Assembly: GCA_977017575.1 (NCBI GenBank)
Contig: CDRNVI010000006.1
Coordinates: forward strand, 216,444-280,443
Reading direction: 5' to 3'
Length of the DNA stretch: 64,000 bases
Origin: Paramoeba atlantica
Lineage: Eukaryota; Protista; Discosea
The notes under the pieces were generated by a model. It saw only the letters and a program-made list of their open reading frames with translations, did no database searches and was not told the DNA's origin. Positions within the stretch are counted from its first letter, which is position 1. Each line of letters starts with the position of its first letter. Shown here in pieces: positions 32,506-43,394 of this stretch. The position numbers and the translations under genes are program-made.

Positions 32506-33291
32506 CAGAGGGGGGGCCACCGCCAATGCGACACTATTCTGCCATATTCTACCGATCGCAGGGGTTTCGTCCTTTTGAGGCGTACTTTATTTTTGGAACC
32601 TGCCCCGCGACGCGAAGCGGCGCGCTTTTTTTGTGTGAAAAGCTTTTTTTTGATTTGGTGGTTATATACCCCTCCAGTAATAAAATCGATTTTGGATCAA
32701 AATGGGTTAAATCCTTGTTACTGGGGGGGTATACTTTTTGGGAGAGAAAGGAGCTTTTTTGTTCATGAGTGCGTTGCTTTTCAGTCCATCCAACCCCGCA
32801 ACCACGCCATTCGCTCCCTTACAACCGCCCTCACCCCGCCCAAACACCCCTTGTTTGGGCACACTCCCTTTGTGCGTGTTTTCTTTGCCGCGAAAAACTG
32901 CGTCTTCAAGTGCTGCGTGCGGAATATTGTACTTCACCTTCCAGTTCACAATGTCGAAATGGGCCTCCGAATCTAGTGCCTGCGTACTGAAATGCAGTGT
33001 AGGATTATCTCTCCTTCTCTCGGCAAGTTTCTCATCACGCCACACTTCAAACGTCTTCGAGTGTTTTTTTAAGTGCTGTAAAGCCGCTTGATAGGATGAT
33101 GACATGCCCCGAGCAATCTTAAATGTTTTTCCCTGACCTTCCCGACAGAGCTTGCAGATGTACTCAAGTAAAGGTGTCGGAGAACTTCCACCATCGGGGT
33201 CAGTACTACAGTGCCGTTCCAGCCATATTGCAACAAACATTTCGCTCTTAGGAAAGGTCCTCAGGTGAAATAAGTGGTGGAAAAGCATCAT
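32506..33291 (-). mobile_element. hAT transposase N-terminal remnant (BED finger) with a hAT-like end
   Basis: YICKLC...ALQHLKKH (BED-type C2H2) then FDIVNWKVKYNIPHAALEDAVFR; CAGAGGGGGGC terminus with inverted GGCAGAAT-type repeats at 32506. Confidence 0.65.
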
Positions 33292-33383
33292 TTAGGGACA
33301 GGACTTTAGTGCAAAATTAGTTTGTTGAAACAGTTTTAAGATTTTTCAATTTGCTTTTGAGTCAAAATGTTGGGCGGGAAGTA

Positions 33384-33817
33384 CTGTGCCCCCCCTAGTT
33401 ATCTGTCACACGTCAACCCCCCTAGTTATCTGTCACTTTTTGGCACTTCGAATTTTTTTCCGTCGACTACCCCCCCTAGTTATCTGTCACTTTTTAAAAA
33501 TAGGTAAAACGCTTTTTTCCGAAAAAAATCATGAAATGAAACTCTGCAAAGTGTTCCGTGTAGATAAAAGCTGATTCATTCGCGCGTCACCTTCTGGACG
33601 TTGTAAGATCCTGCTACACGTGCTGCGAGTCAGCGAAAGTATGACACAAATCAGCTTGAGTAAACATCCCTGTTTTGTAAAGAATTTTGACGGTGATGAT
33701 ACCTGTTTCTGTCAAACCACCTTTTCCAAACCAGATACGCGGTAGACCTCTCCGATTTCTTTTCCGTTGGCTCTTCCGACGACCTACTTTTTTCGTCGCT
33801 TCTCCCCCCCCCTTCAT
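33384..33817 (-). mobile_element. Transposon end (TA|CTGTGCCCCCC, three subterminal repeats) plus HTH remnant
   Basis: CCCCTAGTTATCTGTCAC three times; minus-strand GGLTETGIITVKILYKTG resembles the N-terminal HTH of ORF 10510-11529. Confidence 0.45.
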
Positions 33818-34346
33818 TTTCCCTGAATAAAAAGTTCTCCTCCCTTAGACGAGCTATAGAAAGTATCAATCTGGTCTCCTTCTTTTTTAGAATTTCGCAC
33901 TGTTCTTTATAATATTCACAGAGCTGGTTACATTATTTAATTCTCCTTTAAAAAGAGTCAGTTCTATTGTCAGCTCACGCTCGCACTTACTCGCATCACT
34001 CAAAAGCATACTCGAAAAGTACACTCGAAAATTTCCAAACAAAACGCTCCCCGGATCAAGATGTTGTCACCTGTCATGTATTTTAAGAAGGAGCAGTTCT
34101 TGAAAAAAAAAGGTTCTTGAGAAAAACGCTGTTGAAAGCTCTGAAAAAAAGTCGAAAGCGCTTTAAAAGCGCTTTTTCGAAAGTTTTAAAGTTTCCGCGG
34201 GCCCTGTAAAAATACAGTATCATAAGAAGCTACTCAAGCGCCGATCCCGACCGATCCCACCTGATAAGTGACAGGGTCCTCAAGGTTTCAGCCCTCTAAT
34301 AAGTGTGCGAGGGGCTTAATAAAAAACAGGAGAAAGGGAAAGATTT

Positions 34347-35912
34347 GGGTAATATGCAGTCAAACTGTACCCTAAATTTCATTTTTTTTTTACTTTTTTT
34401 TGTCAAAAAAATATGTGTGATTAATTATTTACTTGATAGTTTTGAGTCATTTTCACCCACTTTACGCTTTGTTTACGTCTTAAACCATTGAATGGACTTC
34501 TCAGGGTGTAGAACTTTTGCGTGCTTGACGCTAGTTACGTCAATTTTGCAAATAACGTCAGAGAATGTTGTTTCCTGGCTAGTAAATCACTCTTTCGGGG
34601 CTTATACACAGTGTCTTCGCTGCAAAGAGAAACCGAGAAGCGATCAATGCTTCAAAAAACTCGAAGACGGTTCGAAGTGCCGCCTAAAAATTCCGAAATT
34701 TGGCCCCTTTTTTCCTTTAAACTGTCGAATTGTTGATAAATTTCGATGTTGGCTGCTTCTAGCGCAAGGTAACCTGCCCTTGAACGCAGCTTTGCAAGCG
34801 CTCAGGTCTCTTCGTTCAGTTCTTACAGACCTAAGTGAAATTGAACGCATATTCAGCATTCCCCGTTCCCCGCACATGCTCATGAAGTACGTTATGGTGG
34901 ATGAGACATACATTGGGAAACGCCTGCACCATCGCGGGAGACAAGTTCGCAAACAAAAGTTCTGGTTTATGACGGCTACAGAGGTTGATCCAAACACCGG
35001 GAAATCATTGCAAACATACTGGGAGGCAACGGTTCGCCGAACGAGAGAGGTTTGCCACAGGTTTGTCCGATCAGTCATAGAAAATAGAAATGCCATGGTA
35101 ATTACTGATGAGTGGGCTGCATATCGTGGAATCGATGCCTTTTGCTGACATTACACTATTTGCCACGCTGATGCATTCTCGCGAGAGCACTCCCCGCACG
35201 TCAACATTCATATCAACAACGCAGAGTCTGCCCATGCCAGTGTAAAGGGTTACTGCAAGCGTTTTTTTCACAAATGGGGCAGAAGTTTGGAAAGCTGTCA
35301 GGCACGACCGCATTTTATTTGCACGGTCTTCTTCAAGGCGGAAGCTAAAAAGCTTTTTCAGAACCTTATGACTGTTATGGCGAGATACTCCTCTGACAAT
35401 AGCGCGGTATACGGAGATCAGTCAAATGAAGAAGATGCGGAAGTTTCCAGTGACTCTAGTGAGGACCTTCAGGAAGATTATGAAAGCCCAACCACGCGAC
35501 TAGGTCGAGCGCTCACTAAACATATAAGACTCAAACGCAGATATGGAAGGGATGAAATGGGATTCCACAAGTATATGATAAAAAGTGCCACTGACCGCCA
35601 CTACACTATTTATGTTGGTCCTGGTGGTGCTCGATGCACTTGCCGTGACGGACGTCTGGGCAATCGATGTAAGCATATATATTTCATTTTGATGCGGGAA
35701 CTTGGGGTGGATGAAAACCATTCAGTTCTATTAAAATCGGAATTTTCATCAGAACACCTATCGAATTTGTTGTAGACGAGGCAGAAATTATCGGTAAATC
35801 GTCTTATTCATATGCAAATTTGCGTAAAAACAAAAAAGGAACACATATGTGATGGAAATATACAGTTTTTAGAAAAAACAAATTTAGGGTACATTTTGAC
35901 TGCAGTGGACCC
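34347..35912 (+). mobile_element. Merlin (IS1595/ISXO2-like) transposon, 1566 bp; transposase-SWIM fusion ORF 34492-35775 broken by one TGA
   Basis: 33-bp TIRs (28/33 match); perfect 8-bp TSD AAAGATTT (34339-34346 and 35913-35920); VDETYIG, TDEWAAY, NNAES; in-frame C-terminal CTC...CKH SWIM finger. Confidence 0.92.
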
Positions 35913-35988
35913 AAAGATTTTTACTCAAAGAATATGCCCACCGAAAAAAAATTCGCCGCTTTGCGGAGGGAACGTCGAATAAGACAGC

Positions 35989-36263
35989 GATCGGCAGAAT
36001 ATGGCAGAAAACGGCAGAATAGCAAGTTGCCTCCCCTAACATCTAACATAATTTTCGTACATTTTTAGCAAAGAACAGTTTTTTTTAGCACAAAGTACAT
36101 GCTGGATGTCACGCACAAGTAACTGAGGACTTACGCCGCGAAGCGGCGCCGATTTTTTTTCCACATGGGACTTTTTTTCTCCGCTGCAGTCCTCGTTAAC
36201 AGCAGATTATTGCCCATTTCTGCCATATTCTGCCGATCACCACAGACGCGTGCCCCCCCCTCT
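35989..36263. mobile_element. hAT-derived non-autonomous remnant
   Basis: 22-bp perfect IR GATCGGCAGAATATGGCAGAAA (35989-36010 / 36217-36238); the right end matches the end at position 300. Confidence 0.55.
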
Positions 36264-36392
36264 CATTTTCTACTGTATCGATTGGGCTTGACATACAAAA
36301 AGGGGAGACGAGAATCTCTTCTGAAATATCCACATGTACACATGTGTACGCTTACTATACGCCCCATGAGGGCTAAAGAAGTCCTCATAATA

Positions 36393-36601
36393 AATCCAGG
36401 TATAAAGGGGCGAGGGAGATACGAAGCAACAGATGTAGCAGATTCCCACTGAAAAGAAATCGTATCTCCCTGCACGAAGTTGGCTCCAAGCTAGCAAGCG
36501 CATAGGTAGGTATTTCTCGTGCAGGGAGATACGAATTCTTTTCAGTAGGAATCTGCTACATATGTTGCTTCGTATCTCCCTCGCCCCTTTATACCTGGAT
36601 T
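36393..36601. repeat. 209-bp palindrome (85-bp arms, 3 mismatches, 39-nt loop); probable MITE
   Basis: Arms 36393-36477 and 36517-36601; each arm also contains GGGAGATACGA/TCGTATCTCCC. Confidence 0.8.
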
Positions 36602-36765
36602 CTACAAAAATAGTTTCGTCGTATCAATCAGTAAAATTCGTGGGCATCCTGGCAGTAAGAATTGACAAAAACAATGCCAATCTTCGTCTAAAAACTGACT
36701 TCTGACAAAGTGGTCAGCTGACTGGCCCCCTGAAAAAGTGGCCAGCTGGCAACCCCACTCGCACA

Positions 36766-37160
36766 CTGATAATGCATAACGTGCCGCACATTGATAATGC
36801 ATATAGCACATTGATATTGCATATAGCACATTGACAAAGCATATAGCACATTGATATTGCATATAGCACATTGATATTGCATACAGCACATTGATAATGC
36901 ATACAGCACATTGATAATGCATACAGCACATTGATGATGCATTATTTGGAAATTAAAGGTGTTTTCAAGAAATAGTGAACACCCGTCTCTGCTCCCGGTG
37001 AGGCCCCGGAGTTGCGAGAGGCCTCCATACCCCACAACTACCACCTTCCCCCCCTATTTAGTGGTGTTCACTATTTCTTGAAAACACCTTTAATTTCCAA
37101 ATAATGCATCATCAATGTGCTGTATGCATTATCAATGTGCTATATGCATTATCAATGTGC
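36766..37160. repeat. 20-bp minisatellite arrays forming a ~98-bp inverted repeat around a captured half-hairpin
   Basis: GCACATTGATAATGCATATA units; 36886-36983 is the reverse complement of 37063-37160 (1 mismatch). Confidence 0.85.
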
Positions 37161-37166
37161 GGGCGC

Positions 37167-37300
37167 CAACCCCTTGAAAAAGTGGCCAGCTGGCAACCCC
37201 TTGAAAAAGTGGCCAGCTGACTACCCCTTGAAAAATTGGCCAGCTGGCTAGCCCTTGAAAAAGTGGCCAGCTGGCCACCCTATGGAAAAGTGGCCAGCTG
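37167..37300 (+). repeat. 27-bp tandem repeat, five units (CAACCCCTTGAAAAAGTGGCCAGCTGG)
   Basis: Read directly; inverted degenerate copies at ~37390-37460 and direct copies at ~36705-36755. Confidence 0.85.
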
Positions 37301-37589
37301 TCCTTTCATGCAGGAGGTGGCGAGTTTGCGACTTTTTTTGGACGTTGCCATTCATCTTACGTATACGAAGTGCAAACTACATTTTTTGATAGCCAGCTGG
37401 CTATTTTTCTAGGTGGTGGCCAGCTCACCATTGTGCCAGGGGGTGGCCACTTTTTCAATGCCGAGAAAATCATACCTTTTTTTTCGTTCATTTGTTATGC
37501 CGTCGGCGAGTGAAATGCGTTTCAAAAAAAAAATTCTGGAAGTTAGTTAAGGAGCTCAAAATTATTCCCCAAACTTTGAAACAGCTGTA

Positions 37590-38025
37590 CTCCCCCTGCC
37601 AGAATAAAATTAAAATATAAAGTATAAAGGAAATTGGTGATTTCTATTTATATTATATTTCGGAAGTATAAATCGATCAAACAAGTATCATTCGTGCAGA
37701 AAAAGGGTGAATCAGTATGAGAAAGTATAAATCGCCGAGAAAAAGTATAAATGCCCAGAAAGAGTATAGAACATTCAGAAAAAGTATACATCCACAAATC
37801 TGCTTTTAACCATAAACCTGCTTTAGGAACCTGCTTTTAAACATAATGAGTCATTGAACTCTTTCGTTTCGCAGACAACGGCCTACCAGACGGCATTCAG
37901 GAAAAAAATATTTCACAAAAAAAATCGATTTATATTTTTTTTGAAAAGTATAACTGGCACCGTTTCTTTGGGGTAGCTTTTGCCACAACGAAAAATCGAT
38001 TTATATTTTATTCTGGCAAGGGGAG
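37590..38025. mobile_element. TA-flanked MITE (436 bp)
   Basis: TA|CTCCCCCTGCCAGAATAAAAT...TTTTATTCTGGCAAGGGGAG|TA; a similar solo end at ~42320. Confidence 0.75.
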
Positions 38026-38328
38026 TAGTCTGTCAATTTTGGGATACATAATCAAGGATCTTCGCGTTTTTTTCGGATTTGAAATGTCCGTTTCTGAGCC
38101 GCATTGCGAGTCGCGTTTTTGGTAAAAGCGTTCTAAAAACCGCGGACTGTACTCGATTTTTTTCATTTTCGGAGAATTACAGAGATTGATTGAAGAGCCA
38201 TACCTCTGTTTTTAAAATTTAAAAAAACATCGTTTTTGTGCTCGTTTTATGCCGTTTTTGGGCTCGTGGAATTAACCTTAGTAAGCGAGTTAGATACTCG
38301 CCGTATCTCCCTCAATATTATTATGATT

Positions 38329-39234
38329 GCGGTGGTTGTAAAACTACCGCTCTACACTCGATTATTGAAAAAAAAGTGAACAAAAACAGTGAAAATATAA
38401 AGAGGAACACAGTAATATAATAGAAGAAAAAAATATAAAAGGGGGCTCCGGTGGTCCAAAACTGAAAAAAAATTTTGAAAAAAATGGGGGGTCCAGGGGG
38501 GGGGTCCAGGGGGGGGGTCCAGGGGGGGGGTCCAGGGGGGGGGCATGGTCGATCAAATTTTTTCGAAAAAATTAGTTTTCGAAAAAAAACCGCAGAAAGG
38601 GTAGCCGGGGTCTTGGCGCGCATTTTCCACCCCCCTACCCGGGGGTGACCCCCCCGCGTATCCGCAGGACGGGTCCGCCAAGTTCGGATTTTTTCGGAAA
38701 AAATTTTTCGAAAAAAAATTCAACTTGGCGAAAAAAATGACAAAAAAAATATTTTTCCAAAATCGTTTCCCCTATTGTATTTTGATAGTTTGGGACCTAC
38801 ACTAGCTTTCTACGCAGTTGTTTTCGCAAGGTATCACTTCTTCGAACTGTGGTGCGCCCCTCAAAATGACCCACTTTTGACTAAAAAAGGTGAAAAAGTA
38901 TTTTTCGGACCTAAAGGGGCATTTTTGTGTCGAAAGAATGGTATGGTTGGAGTCGTATTCTCTACCCAATACGTTCGGTAGGCTTTCATTCATGCCTGCG
39001 AGTGATTTCCCACGCGCAAATGTCGGATTTAGTGCTCTGAGAGCAAAAATATGCGAAAATGACCCCATTTGTACCCGAAATTCGGCTATTTTTGGCTATA
39101 ATCTTTCCGTTTTCCAGGCTAAATTTTCTTTTTTAGGCTCTTCGTTAAACGCGGCGGTAGTTTTCAACGCGAAGCGCGCAGCATGAGTGACTTCTAAGTT
39201 GAAAGCAACCACCGCGTTTAACGAAGAGCCTAAA
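38329..39234 (+). mobile_element. ~905-bp non-coding dispersed element with hairpins at both ends and an internal (G)nTCCA array, copy 1
   Basis: Near-identical to 59397-60300; 5' hairpin GCGGTGGTT-GTAA-AACTACCGC; 3' 37-bp inverted repeat. Confidence 0.8.
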
Positions 39235-39736
39235 TTATTAATAATTATTATAACTATTAATAATTCACCTTCTTATAGTAATTAAAATTATTAATAATTT
39301 CTATTACAAAAATTATTACTGCTGCTTAAGTGGCTAACTTACACGCGTGTAAGATCCCACTTACACTATCATTGTGTAAGTGGCTAACTTAGCCCGGAAG
39401 GTTTATTTATCCTGTAGTTGTTTTTATCGTGCATGGATTTTTGGTCTTCACTGCAGATCACCTCCTTTCACCTAATTTATTTCATCAAAAGAAAGCGGCG
39501 CCGCGAAACGGTGCTAGTTTTTTTTGTTATATTTTTTTGCATAAAACTAGAGCTATTTTCTCACCTTTAGTACCCCCCCTTTAATACGGACAAAGAGCAA
39601 AAATCTGTCTGTATTAAAGGCGGGGGTCACACTATCTAATATGAGAGACACCAGTTCATTTTCCCTATATACACCCCGTATTAATTAAAATAAAGTGTAC
39701 AACGTGTTTGCTAATTTTCATCCTTTTTACCGTTGA

Positions 39737-42034
39737 ATGCAGTTTCTATTACCCCTTCAACCAGTTATTGTTTGGTCTCATAACGCGCCTTGGAAGCCGG
39801 GATTAAAGCAAGATGTTTCAGATCGGGTAAATCCATGTGGCTATCCAAGGGCAAAGCTTCGAGAAAGCACGATGCAGTCGGCAATGCAATACGGATCGCT
39901 CAATACAACGCATCCAATGAATACTCTTGGGCTTAGTGTGTCCCCTTTTGCTACAACTAATTTCACCAGTAGTGGACCTGCGAATGATTTTTTTCGTCGC
40001 ATCGAATGGCTCTCTGGGCGTAATCTTGAATTTGAAGAACAGAGGAGTTCAATTACATTTAGTACTTTATTGAACGAGGAAAGTTCCTTGGCGCTATCGT
40101 CACACACTCCTCAACTAAAAAAACTTCAATCTACAAACGTCTTTGTTGCTCTTCGACGCAACATTTCTCCTTCACATGTGGTTTGTGGTCTATATAAAGT
40201 GTTTCCTACTGATACGTTGATCAACGAAGTTCTTGAAAACGGCATAGTGCATCTCGAAGCTCGCCCGAGAGGTAGATGGCATAAAGTGCATCCAGGAGAG
40301 CGACAGGCGGTGGAAGATCTTTCCCCGGTTGATTCGCGACAAAGGCAAGAGACGCACTTCATGCGAAAACGCATGATGTGGACACATTTAGGTCACTATT
40401 TTTGGGAAAATGGAAAACTACCTCCGCTAACACCCATATTGCATCTACAATGTTATAGGGAAAATCGATCGATGAATGAGGTCATGGAGCGCATATCGCA
40501 TACTATTAAACCTACTCGTATGCAACAAGGGTTCAGCATTCCCTCGGATGAAATCGCTCGGGAGAAGCACGCGTGCGTCACACAAACACTAAGCCTTTTT
40601 GGGGTTACGAAAGAGCTTTTACCGCACGCGTCTCGCCATCACAATATTTATCCGATTTTGCTTAATCCTGTACGATATGCGTCTTACCATGCAAAAGAAA
40701 GGGGTCATGTTCAATACACTGTATTAGTACGCAACGTTTCCTCGAAAGGGTACTTCAGCAACATTGATGATTCAACTAAGTTTATTGAAAAACACATATG
40801 TAGTAGAATTAATTCCCTACAGAAAAATGGGTATATTAACTATTTTCCAGTTCAATATTTTGGTGCAGGTTCCGTGTCACTTTCAGAAATTGCAGCTCAC
40901 TGGCTTGCCGCCGAGTGGACCAAAGCAGTGCGTGGCATCATTCAGCTTGAATGTGAACAACATCCAATATCGTACCATCACTATCTACAATGTGCTGGTG
41001 CTTCCACTCACTCATTGCGCGAAAGGATAAAAAATTGGATAAATGATTTGCAGCAGCACGCTGACAGCAAAGTTTTGCGAGGGATCCTGACAAAAATCAG
41101 TGCACGCAGCTCATTATTTTGTAGGGAACAAACTCCGGACACTCCCGAAACCAACGAATTTGCTCGCTCTCTGTTGCTAGATACCACAGTGATCACTCTC
41201 TCCATGAGGAAAAGATTTTTTTGCGCATTACAAGCCCATTCCTGGAACTTGTTGGCTAATGAACGAATTGTGGAAGCAGTGTCACGGGGGCGTCCCTTGT
41301 CTTTGCAACCGGGGGACATTGTGGCCGTCAAAGGAAAAGAAAAAAACGTCGAACTACCTTCATCATGGACGTTTCGGAAACTTGAATCCGAAGAGGAGGT
41401 CTCCAACTACACAATTTTTGATCTCGTATTACCTGTGTTTGGAGTCGGTCGTGAGAAGTCTCTTCCAAAGTTAATGAATGACTACGATGGAGAGCGTAGA
41501 GGCAGCAAAATCTTTCCTCAAAAATGTACAATGTCGCAATCTAACTCATCCGACTACGATGATTCACTAAAATGTGTCGGTGATTCCTATTTTCGTTTTT
41601 TGGTTACACGTCCCAAACGCATATTCTATCGATTACTGCGAGATCCAAATTCGCAATCTATGCTGAAACCCGATCTTTTCCGGTTGCAACAGAGTGCTCA
41701 ACCTACGAAAAGAGGAAGCTGGCAGCAATTTTCACAACGGCCAATTTCTACGTACGATGAGTTGGCTGAAACACAGGATGGGTCCAGTTTTCTGCATGAA
41801 GTGTGCAGGGAGCCATCTCCCCTTAACCAATCGCCAAAGCAGAAGAAGATTATTCATGATTTGTTGCATCATGACGATGACGAGAGGAGCAGAAAAACAA
41901 CTCGGTCGAATCGTTTTAGTGTCGTACTTAGTTGTGTTCTGCCTCCTCAGTCACATATATCCCTTGTTTTGCGTGACATATTTCATGAGACCAAAGTTAA
42001 GTCGTTCTCTGATCTCACGATTGGTTTAGTTTGA
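39737..42034 (+). CDS. TruD/PUS7-like pseudouridine synthase homologue, catalytic Asp apparently replaced
   Basis: LHLQCYRENRSM, AREKHACVTQ (aligns to GxKDxxAxTxQ), GYINYFPVQYFG, IFDLVLPVFG. Confidence 0.78.
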   Translation: MQFLLPLQPVIVWSHNAPWKPGLKQDVSDRVNPCGYPRAKLRESTMQSAMQYGSLNTTHPMNTLGLSVSPFATTNFTSSGPANDFFRRIEWLSGRNLEFEEQRSSITFSTLLNEESSLALSSHTPQLKKLQSTNVFVALRRNISPSHVVCGLYKVFPTDTLINEVLENGIVHLEARPRGRWHKVHPGERQAVEDLSPVDSRQRQETHFMRKRMMWTHLGHYFWENGKLPPLTPILHLQCYRENRSMNEVMERISHTIKPTRMQQGFSIPSDEIAREKHACVTQTLSLFGVTKELLPHASRHHNIYPILLNPVRYASYHAKERGHVQYTVLVRNVSSKGYFSNIDDSTKFIEKHICSRINSLQKNGYINYFPVQYFGAGSVSLSEIAAHWLAAEWTKAVRGIIQLECEQHPISYHHYLQCAGASTHSLRERIKNWINDLQQHADSKVLRGILTKISARSSLFCREQTPDTPETNEFARSLLLDTTVITLSMRKRFFCALQAHSWNLLANERIVEAVSRGRPLSLQPGDIVAVKGKEKNVELPSSWTFRKLESEEEVSNYTIFDLVLPVFGVGREKSLPKLMNDYDGERRGSKIFPQKCTMSQSNSSDYDDSLKCVGDSYFRFLVTRPKRIFYRLLRDPNSQSMLKPDLFRLQQSAQPTKRGSWQQFSQRPISTYDELAETQDGSSFLHEVCREPSPLNQSPKQKKIIHDLLHHDDDERSRKTTRSNRFSVVLSCVLPPQSHISLVLRDIFHETKVKSFSDLTIGLV

Positions 42035-42363
42035 TTTGCTTTGTTTTGAAAGAAGATTCTAAAAAAGAGAGGGGGTTCTAAATAGGGGGGATTTTAAGTA
42101 ATTGGTGGTTGTGTAACTACCTCTCTACCATCGATTATTGAAAGCAGTGAAAATATAAGAGGAACACAGTACACGGGCGCGCGACTTTATGTATGGGGTA
42201 CCCTTTTATACAGAGGCAGGTATAATTCTTCTTCTTCGGTATAATCGCCCACCGTGGAAAACAGGGGGGTATAAAAGCTCAAAAAGCGAGAGTTTTTTTG
42301 TCCGACCGACCAAACATACTCCCCCTGCCAGAACAAAATACGAATCGGTTTTTCGTTGTGGTA

Positions 42364-43078
42364 CTGTCCCCCCCTACTTATGCGCAACCGTTTACCCGGC
42401 CACTTAAGCGCAATTTTGACGCATCGTTCAGAAGAACAGCGCCGCAAAGCGGCGCGATTTTTTTTGATACGAATTTTTGTACAGATTTTCGCCGGTGTTG
42501 AAATGGGGAGTCTGCAGGTAGTCTGCATGCATTCGCATGCATAGATAGAGGCCAGGATCTCATTCCTGCTTCGTGACAAAAATCTTCAACACTTGGCATA
42601 TAATACTCATCACCCTTTATGAAGCTAAGCCTGTTTTCCAGGTTTCCTTGCTGTCTTTATCGCAGGTACCTTGACGACCCTTGATAAAAACTTCTAACTT
42701 CACGCGGAATACATCCGAAACTTTGGCTTTTGGAATGGCCACGGTTCCAACCCATTCATGTACCTCAGACACTATCGCGCCACATAAATCATTCTTATAC
42801 ATGCAACGACCCGTGTCAGAAGAATGGGACATCGCTTTTGATATCGACTTTTGAGGACCATAGAAGAAGAAGAGTGAGCAAGGCAAAGGCAGAGGGCGAA
42901 TTGCTAGGGGGAGGATAGTATATAAAAAGCAGCCCCGAAGGGTACCCTGTGTATATAATTCATGATAGAAACACGCGCCGCTTCGCGGCGCTAAAATTTT
43001 TTTTCACCCCTTTTTTTGACCTGGCTACTTATGCGCAATTTTAGGCCAAAACCTGGTTGCGTTTAAGTGGGGGGGCAG
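42364..43078. mobile_element. TA-flanked non-autonomous element (715 bp)
   Basis: TA|CTGTCCCCCCCTACTTATGCGCAACC...GGTTGCGTTTAAGTGGGGGGGCAG|TA. Confidence 0.65.
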
Positions 43079-43394
43079 TAAAAGCTAAAGAAAAGGTCCC
43101 ATTTACATTGTATATTTTCTCGGCGATTTACAATTTCTTGGCGATTTATACTTTCTCATGTTATACCTTTTATATTCTCATATTATCCTATTTCTAATAT
43201 TCTATATTAGAATATATCTATGTATATCTACATACATAATATAAGTAGAAATATAAGTATAATATAAGTAGAAATCGCCAATTTCCTTTATATATTTTTT
43301 TTTCCTAGTGGGAGTTGCTATTTTTTGACTATAAGAAGAGTGGTATTCTTGCATTCGTGTTTTCAAACAGCGCACTCGGGGCCGAGGTTCTATA

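Noticed and set aside
36602-37044. ORFs made of repeats (MCYMHYQCAIC..., also MQYSYTYAIFLYLCNIPIL at 55-56 kb and PPWTPP ORFs)
   Set aside because: They are translations of minisatellites with no coding evidence.
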